Positions 24,301 to 33,300 of a stretch of DNA of 64,000 nt are shown in pieces; the first letter of the stretch is position 1, and the number at the start of each line of letters is the position of its first letter. The stretch is taken from NCBI GenBank assembly GCA_002633005.1, contig NMRA01000007.1:1378362-1442361 (forward strand), given 5' to 3'. Both the position numbers and the translations under genes were made by a program. The notes beneath the pieces were generated by a model. It worked only from the letters and a program-made list of their open reading frames with translations, was not told the DNA's origin and did not search any database. The DNA is from Phoronis australis (Eukaryota; Animalia; Phoronida).

Positions 24301-27300
24301 TGTTAAAGCAGATAGAATAACACTGAGGTCTTTGAGGCATGTCAGTGAAGAATGACTGTCATGTGCGATTGGCCTCACACAACTCTTTGTTTTCATCAAT
24401 ACCATGGACTCATAGGTACTCTAGAATTTTGTCTTCAGCTATCACTCTCAACTATGGATGACATCAAGTTTAATTGTCTTTTAGGTGGTAGTACTTTAAG
24501 TATTTGCATCATTACTAAGTGCCTCAAAAGAATATTAGAATTACTGTGCAGTGATTCTAGTTGTTCTCTAATAAGTATCATTCCACGACAACTGGTTGTA
24601 TTTTTCAGCGTTTTTATAATGACCTGGTCTTGAGATCTAATGTCCGAACGCAGAGTTGACTCAGACTCTAAAGTTTAACGTAACCAGTCACAATTGCATT
24701 ATTCAAGGCTACTCAAAGGGTGCCATTCAATTGATTTTAGAGTCAAGTTGAGGCAAAGTTGGTTCTAGTATGTATCCAGACTCATTTGGAGAATTGTGCT
24801 CATCGACTAAACAAAATCAGTTTCAGCCAAGGTCAAGGTCATGTGTTTTTTGTTTGAAGATCTGTACAAGAGCATGCAAATACTGTTTGATACACCGTGA
24901 GATTTGCTAAGTGATAAGCAAAACAAACATTTTTCATTGTCTCAGGTAGATTTTCTTTTTTTGCAAATGAGCAACTAAAGAAGACTGCCTCGCTGACTCG
25001 ATTTTCAAAAAAAACACAGACCAAAACCAATTATGCTTTTTTGGATTCAGATGCCAAGGCCAGGTTTTTCAGTTTCTCATCTGCATGTTAAAGTATCTTA
25101 AACATCCACGTCCACATATCAGTAGTGCCATCTGGTGTACAGGCACAGAACTAGCATGAGCCCCATCTGTCTGACAATTGTATGTTTTTGGTGCATAAAT
25201 GTCTACCAATCTTGACCTACTTATTAATGTCAGTCCTCAATGCTAACATTTTGTGAATAATTCTGAAGTAGAGAAATCCCTGTACAGTATAGTCCAAAAA
25301 CAGTAACATGTCTTGTACAGTAGTTTGTGTCATTATTATCAAAAACCGTGCAGGAAGGTGAAGTTTGTGAAGTTAAGACAGTGAGAACTTGTGCGTGCTC
25401 AGTATGTTACGCAGATACATGAATGGGAACCATGTCTGTTGCAGAAGGGGACTACAGCAATCGGTTTGGCGGATCTCAACATGGCTGACATATTGCACCA
25501 CTTCATGGCAGGAGGTCACAAGCGTCAGGTGGTAAGAATACGGTAGTTTTTGTTACACCAATACTATGTGCATGGCTTAATGCCCACCCTGTGATTTTTA
25601 AGTTATTCACTTTTTCAGTGCCCCAGGTGTTTAATATCCTAAATTGTACAAACGTACCCATAGGTCTGTCATGTGCAGTACCTTCATACAAAGCCAGGTG
25701 GCAGCACATCAGTATCCTCGTGTTGATGGGGCATTACTATTTCTTGTAATTCTACTGCATTGTTTGATGCATTTTATTACATTTTCCAGCCTGGAGTCAA
25801 CAAAGAGAGGTTCCGTTCACCTAGTTGTGTAATTAAAGAGGGGGACTCTGTCAACGTTGACGTCACATCACCAGGTGCAACATTGGCACTAGGAATGATG
25901 TTCTTTGGCTCAAATAACAGGTGTGATGAAAATAGTTTAAATTTCATTTGATCGTTCATTGATAAAAGTGAGAAATAATTTGAAGTCGATAAATCTTTTA
26001 ACTTTTTCCTTATTATTTGTAACCAATATTGTTAAAAACTTTACACAGTTTGTTTATTTTTGAATGAGACTGTGTGTTCACAACCCAGCCTCACAACTAG
26101 AATGACTGTTGTGTTGCAAAGTCTTTCAATGGTGAGTCATGCTTTATTATAACTTTGCCTTCACCACCACCTGAGTTATTTCTTTAATTTTTTTTCCTTG
26201 CTGGTAACACAATGGAAGTAATAATTCAGCTCAGTCTGGTGCTCACTACGATCTTGTGTGACTGGGTGTGTTGTGAATTCCACAAGTTAGCCTGTCTAAA
26301 GACTCTGTTTTTATACACATTTTGAAAACAGTTTCTAGTGAAGTTGGAAATTTTCCAAAAATGCACACAAGCAGGTGGTTAAAATTTCAAAATTAAGAAT
26401 TAATGAATTTTTTAAGTTGCCTCCCAGCTGCCTCAAATATTGTACCCTTGATAAAAGTGAAAGTTTAATGGGAGTCTCTGATTGCCCAGTACAGCTGGAC
26501 TGTTGAGTTTGATCATTAATGAGGGTGAGAAATTTGAGTTTGTCATTGGAAAATTTGTAAATTCTTAAGTAAGGCACGTAAATATCGATTTCTAGTTTTC
26601 CCGATTGTACTGAGTTTTGGAAGGAGCTCATTGTAGGTATTTTTGGCCTTTTGAACCACCTCGAACTTGTTTTATCTTAAATCGAAGTTGCACTTAGGTA
26701 AAATTCTCTGGAAAAGCTTTTGATAACTTTTATTTGTTTGGTTATAATGATATTTGAAACCCGCAAACCTTTTAGCTAATTGGTAGGAGGTGAAAATTGT
26801 TAGCTGCCTGTATAGTGAATGTGGCTGCTCACTGGTTCTTAAGAAATGGCAAAAGTATACGATTTTCTTATCAATGCTTAGCAAATTGGCAAAAGAAAGT
26901 AGGTCTAAGAAGTTGCATCTTCATTAAATTTGCTTTGTAACTGGAATTCAGCACGTTTTCACAAATTTGATGTGTCATGCACTACAGTTTACTGAAAGTA
27001 CCATGAACTTTGGGAAATAACTCAGTTTCATGAACCTGTAAGGATAATTTGTGCGTATATTTTATTTCCATGCCCAAATTTCTAGAAGTAACAATAAGAA
27101 TACTGTCAAAATATGACAACTAAAAAATTAATGTTGATATTGGATTGACATTAATACTTGACCGTGTGCAGCCCCATAGTACTGAACAATTTCTTTCTTA
27201 TAGTGCTGTGGCCAGTTGGTTGGAACCACCGGACACTCAGTTCTTACTAGACTTTGTCCGCCCTGATTACCTCTTGCTGAAGGTGGTCAGCCGGGGCCTG

Positions 27301-30300
27301 GTCCTCTGGGACACAGTCTTACCCACGAGGCAGTGGGTCGAGGCCAACTTACCGCCCATCGTTCAGCAGTACGGCTTTAAGAGAATGGAGTATCAGCATG
27401 ATCCAGAGTGTGATGTGGACTTTGAAACTATGAGGTGTGTTGTGCTAAGTTGTAATTTTTATTATTATTATTATTATTATCATCATCATTATTATCATTA
27501 TTATTATTGTTAGTCACTCTTGAGGTCTGTATTTTCTGTAGCTGTAGAACATGTACTTTTGTACCTTATAGCTTTGTTGGTGTTTTTTATGTGTACACAT
27601 ATAGCACATATAGGCCTATGCACCCTGTGTATGAAGATGTTAATCCAAGTTGAGCTCATACTCCTACATTTGATATATTAAAGTAAAAACCTTGTTCAAA
27701 GATGTGTGAGTGAAGGGTCGCTAATTTTGATAAAAACAGGCGTGGTTTCTGTTAAAGACATGTTTTTTTGCCTGCAAACGAAGCTTAAGGGATGTACCAA
27801 ACATTATGGAGGAGAGTTGCAAAACAGGAAATTGTTAATGTCTGTGTATGTGCTGTCTGTTGTAGTGATTTGTAGAGAGTGCAAAAGATGGAGAATAAAA
27901 CACTGAATTTATTAGATTGTCCGTGTGTTATTCTGATGTTGATATGTTGTATCAAGAAAGTAATCTGTGAGTGACGAAATAATTCTTATTTTGTTACAGT
28001 CAAGCTAAATGTAATTTAGTTGCTGGCGGTTGTATGACTGTAGGCCTCAAGTTTGCTGGAACTTCCAATAAGACTGCTTATAACACACTGGTAGGTGAAA
28101 GTTGAAAGTGATGAATTGTGAAGTTATGCTGCTGGACTACTAAATAAGCCCCAATCAGTAACTCCAGCTAGTGTTGAGTCACTGAATCTGCCCATACTCA
28201 TTCAACTATTGGCTGTATTGCTTTTGTGGCATAAGAATGGTGGTTTACGAACTCCAACATATTGATGTCAGTCTTCATCTGCAAATCTTCCCTTTTTACG
28301 AAGACCAGAAATAACTTCTATTGTAAGGAACCCATTTAGGTCAATTTCAAGCTCTAAATGACCTGATCCGGATGTGATTTGATGTGGTTGGAAAATTGCT
28401 GAAGACAGTTGTATGGAGGTTTTAATAGCTGTACGTGACTCATCAGTTTCAGTTATCCACTAGCTTTATGCATGTCGCATTCTTATTTGTTGAGGGCCCA
28501 TTAAACTATGCCAAATTATTTGACCTTATTGTTTTCCAGCTAACCTATGCGCGAGAGTTCATGGAGTTGTTAAATCAACAGAGTTGTTACGAACAGTCAG
28601 GCAGGAGTACATTGGAGGGCTCATTGGTCGTCATTGTGTTGTCGTTGTCTCTGGTAAGACAGTCTTACTTGTCTTGTGCCCTGTTTAGACATGAACCTTG
28701 TTTGGTGCAGACTGACATGGTCCAAGTTAGTGGTCAGACATATGTCCCTTAGGCTACAAACGTGACCCAATTGCTTTGTTGAAAGCATAAGAACCAAACA
28801 CAAAGAGGGCTGAAAGTTACGAAGTGTTTATATTTTGATGATTTTTTTCGACTGACGAAACTCATCCTGTGATCTGATAGGGTGAATGTAAAGGGAAGGG
28901 TGTCTTTAAAGAAGTGTTATCCTTTGCAGTGTTGGTGGGCTCTTAATGTCTGTGTTTGTCACAAACTTTGTTCTTGTCCAGGTGATGGCTGGAAGCGGTG
29001 ACCTTGATGTATTGCGTATCTGTCGAGTCCTGCGGCGTCGGGTTGGGCCTCAATATAACTATGTCACCTATGGATCTCACATGGCTGTATCCATGGCAAC
29101 CAGCCTCTTGTTTGTGGGCGGTGGAAGGTAAACCAGAGAGCTTTTTGCTTGCACATTATAGCTGATTCATTCTGCATTTCTGTAAAAGGGGTGGTTTCTT
29201 AAATTACGATTATTTATATATGTGGGTTTGCTTGTTTTCAATTGCAATGAAATTCATCCTTTGAAGTACGCTATGTTCAATGTTCAATAGGTAGTTACTC
29301 TCACGTTTCAGTCATCATGCTTGTAATATTGTTTTAAAAATGTGTTCTCCTTGTAGTTAAAACTCGGGAATATGAAAATCTTGTTTATTTTGCCTCAGGT
29401 ATTCATTCAGTACCAAGCCTGAAGCTGTGGCCGCCATGATCTGTGCATTCTTCCCAAAGTTCCCATCTGACAGCAACGATAACAGGTATCTTGATTATGG
29501 GTTGGTTGTTCTGTCCGTGCTGATTTCCGACACGCCCATTTTTGCTGAAGTGAGTTTATGCCTAAAAACTCCCCAGGGAACCCTTTCATAAACAAGTGGT
29601 GAGTTTCTTTAAGGAACCTCAGACTGCAACGTCCTGATCAGTGGTGACCATCAAATGCAAACTAACCTTCACTTAAACAGATCTGGTGATGGTTTCATTG
29701 ACAAATGAACAACTTGAAATATTTTAACGATCCTTTCGTATATGCCCTGTGGTGGATATACAAATTGATTCATTGGGCCTTGTTTCTAATGGGGTCTCTC
29801 TGAAATCCCCGGTACAGCCTGATACAGATGTATGTTTGCATAACAAGCCCTCTGAAATATTAATATGTCACATATGAATATCGTGGATTTTGTACAATGT
29901 TGTCAGCTGTTAGAAAGTTATGCCAAAACAGTGCAAAACTCAGCAAGCTGTTCCTTCTATTTTCAAGTCAGTGCCCTTATCTGACTCGCTACAATAACGT
30001 CCAAAATTAAACAGATATGGCCACCAGTTACTTGGTCATTCTTCTCCACATATGTTAGAAGTTATTTCTGTAATATTGTTCATGTGTACCAGTGGGTCTA
30101 GCTCTCCTGGTTACTAATGGGTCTATCTATCACCTGGATTTCAAGGGGCTTTGTCTATTTAGGCAAGGTGCAAAATCAACTGGAGATTTTCGTTTGCCAG
30201 GTGGAAATCAGTGTCAAACGTGTTGTAACTATTAGCAAATGGGTAAAATTATTCAATGTTATCAGGGGCTAGGAGCTTCTCAATGGCTGATAGCCTTGTG

Positions 30301-33300
30301 CTGACATTGCTGGGAAAGTATTTTATTTTGGACTATAACTGGTGTAATTTCTCCTCTCACTTCTGCTGGTTGTGATGATGTACAGATTAAACTTGATATT
30401 TTTTTGTGGTTTCGAAAGGTTCTTAGAAGTTCTTTGTGCTCATCTAAAAATTATTCTATTTCTCATCGCCACGGTCATCGTCATCAATAATTTTAAGAGC
30501 CGTCGTGTGGTTATACTCGATATTAAATAGTTTTGATTTGTTACCATGTTTCCATCCATTCCTCGTTCTTCTCAGGTACCACCTGCAAGCCCTTCGCCAC
30601 CTGTATGTGTTGGCCGCAGAACCCCGCCTGTTGCTGCCCCGTCAAGTGGACACCGGTCAGTCATGTTACGCACCACTCTCTATTACCTTTAAGGTGAGTA
30701 GTATTCACAAGAGTTGAAAATCAGTAAGTCTCCATGTTTGACTCTCAAATGAGCAAGTCTCCATGTTTGACTCTCACTTGTAGACAGATCTTGTTGGAAG
30801 GGACATATTGGTAATTACAAACTACTATTGAACAATCTCATTTTCAACAAGATTAAGTTAATTTGGAATTACCAGAATGGTGTTTTCAACGAGATTTAAC
30901 ATAAGTGTATGACTTGGAGTATAACACACTGTTACATCCGACTCGGAATTTGGATAGAGTGCAAATTGAGGATGTTGGCCTCAGATTGTGACGCATTATG
31001 GGGTATGGTTGGTATTCTTTGCTCACCATCTCTTAACTCAGGCCCGTGGTGTAATGTTCATCATTTAGGTTTATGAGGTTATATAATTTGAGTTTGGTGA
31101 CTGTCATAAGTGTACATTAAGGGTAGATAGTTATTTTCTTCTTTAAATATCTTCTTGTGATGTTTTTTACAATTTGTATGCCTTTGGAACCTTTTGTGAC
31201 ATGAGCTTACTATCGGAGTATGTCAGCATCAGCTTGTCAAAAATGAAGCTCATAAGGGATTGAAGTTGATTGATTTTCCTGCTGTGTGTTATCGTTAACC
31301 AGTTAATGAATGTCTTTTCACTTGCAGGACACAGAGTTTTTTTCCAACAAATCTTTCAAGTGTTTTGCGCCATGCTTATTGCCAGAATTGGACAGTTTGC
31401 TCGAGGTAACTGCTCTTAATTGTTATTGATACGCGATTAGACGATTGAATTTTTTTATTTTATTTTGCCATCTGTTTGGTGGTGTTTACAATTCTGTTCA
31501 AAGTGTCAGTAAATATCTGGGTGGATACCTGTTGTTGCTTTGGGCAGTAGATGGTTTTTGTTAGATATTATCATTCTTATTATAAATCATTATTGAGTAT
31601 AATTGAGAAATTGAAAGCTATGGTTCGTCAGCCTGTGCAGGCTTTTTCAAGCTTCTGTGACACCTGGTGCTGTGTGTCTATCTTGAGTCTAAGGTCGGGA
31701 AACTTTGAGCAGTACCCAATTTTTCATATGTGATAGGTTGACTGTTAGTCTACCTCATTTGCTTTAGAAATGGGTATTCAAAATGTTTAGAAATGCACTC
31801 AGGCGAGTCTAGTAGAGATTAAGAATAATTGTTGAATGGCAATTAAGGGCACATGTAATGAACTTTTGGTGTTGTTAGTTAACAAAGCAGTTTTGGAAAA
31901 GGACTTGAATGTTATGTATCAATGTGAGTCATCTATACAGTCATGAAGTACTTGGAATTAATACTTAGGTAGCTAGGAATGATGCTTAGAAATGTTAGGA
32001 ATGAAACTAATCTCCAATTCTTGCAATGAACAGGTATGTGTCGAAGGTCCTCGTTACTGGCCAGTGGAGTTCCATGCTGACAAGAACTGGGCGGGGCTTA
32101 AGCACATCTTGCAGCAAAATGGCGAGCTGTTTGTTAAGCAGAGGGCTGGACATCTGTCATACAATGATGACCCTAAGGTGAGTGTCTCTCAATGTTAGGC
32201 TGATGGTAAGGTACCTGTCCTGAAGCGATGACCCCAAAAAAAGAGGTCAACTACAGGTGTCTGCTGTGTAGTGGGCGGGGCATATGATGACTTGATTGAA
32301 AAATTGCCATTGCTGGTGGTAGAAGAATGTTTGAGGTTATTATTTGTTTCTGTTGTCCCCTAAACTTTGGTTTTGATCGGTAGACCTGAAAAGTTTGAAA
32401 GAAGCTCATTTTGATATTCCAGTGAATGCTAAGCGGAACAAACGTGCATATTAAAGTGGAAGGTACAATAGACCACTATGTGCCAGCTTGGGCAAATTAC
32501 AATAGCTTTCATATTGTTTTGCAGGGGTACCGTGGTTTACTTGCCAAAACATTCGCAAGTGACCAGACAGGGTGTAGAGCTAATAGTTCGGAGGTGGTCA
32601 AGTCTTTCTCAACAGATGACAGGGTCCTATTGTTTGCCAAACATTTCTGCCAGTCTCGAAATAACAAGGTAAATGTCATCTATTGTGATTTTATTACAAA
32701 ATGCCAATTTTTGCCCATGTCTTCCAGATGCATGCTGAAATCCAGGCTTGTGACTTTACAAGTTAAATATGATTGAAATACTCTTTATTTCCATGAATGA
32801 CATTTAGCTTCACTAGCAGAGCATTTAACTGTGATTGCGGAGGTTCCAGGTTTGACTTTGCACTGGAGCCAATCTCAGAAATCACTTTTCTTGCCAATGA
32901 TGTCCATGTAGTCTTTGTAATCAGAAATTAATGTTAGCCGATATATGTTGCACCTCACGTGTTTTGGTATGCTTGCAGGATATCTCAGGATCTGAAGCCA
33001 TGTCTGCAATACTGCACGAATGCCTTACACAGGAGAAACTTGAAGTCTTACCTACATATATTGCTTTGAACCAGGTAGTGAACAAGTTTTTGGTCAAATA
33101 TAGACGTAAACTCACATCAGCTCTGCATTCCAGCAACTGTTTGTTTTCTAATTTTTGCAATAAGCTGAATCCACGAGTGTGTTAAGTATGCAGTGCTATG
33201 TATTTAAGTTTACAAATGAGGAATGATGTGCTGATGTCAAAGTGTGGTAACTGGTTTTCCCTGACATTTTCAAAAGTGAAGTCAATGTAAGTGCTCTTCA

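Larger units (their letters stand above)
21408..26008. repeat. Near-identical direct duplication 21408-23799 / 23861-26008 separated by N plus a MITE end
   Basis: Both copies start ttactgcaaataatgaaaaaatt and end ...aactttttc; two exons duplicated. Confidence 0.93.

Noticed and set aside
30724-30778. Short two-copy tandem repeats (29 bp here, 24 bp near 59856-59903, gctaagact runs near 19221-19258)
   Set aside because: Ordinary slippage duplications with no link to splice sites or other structure.
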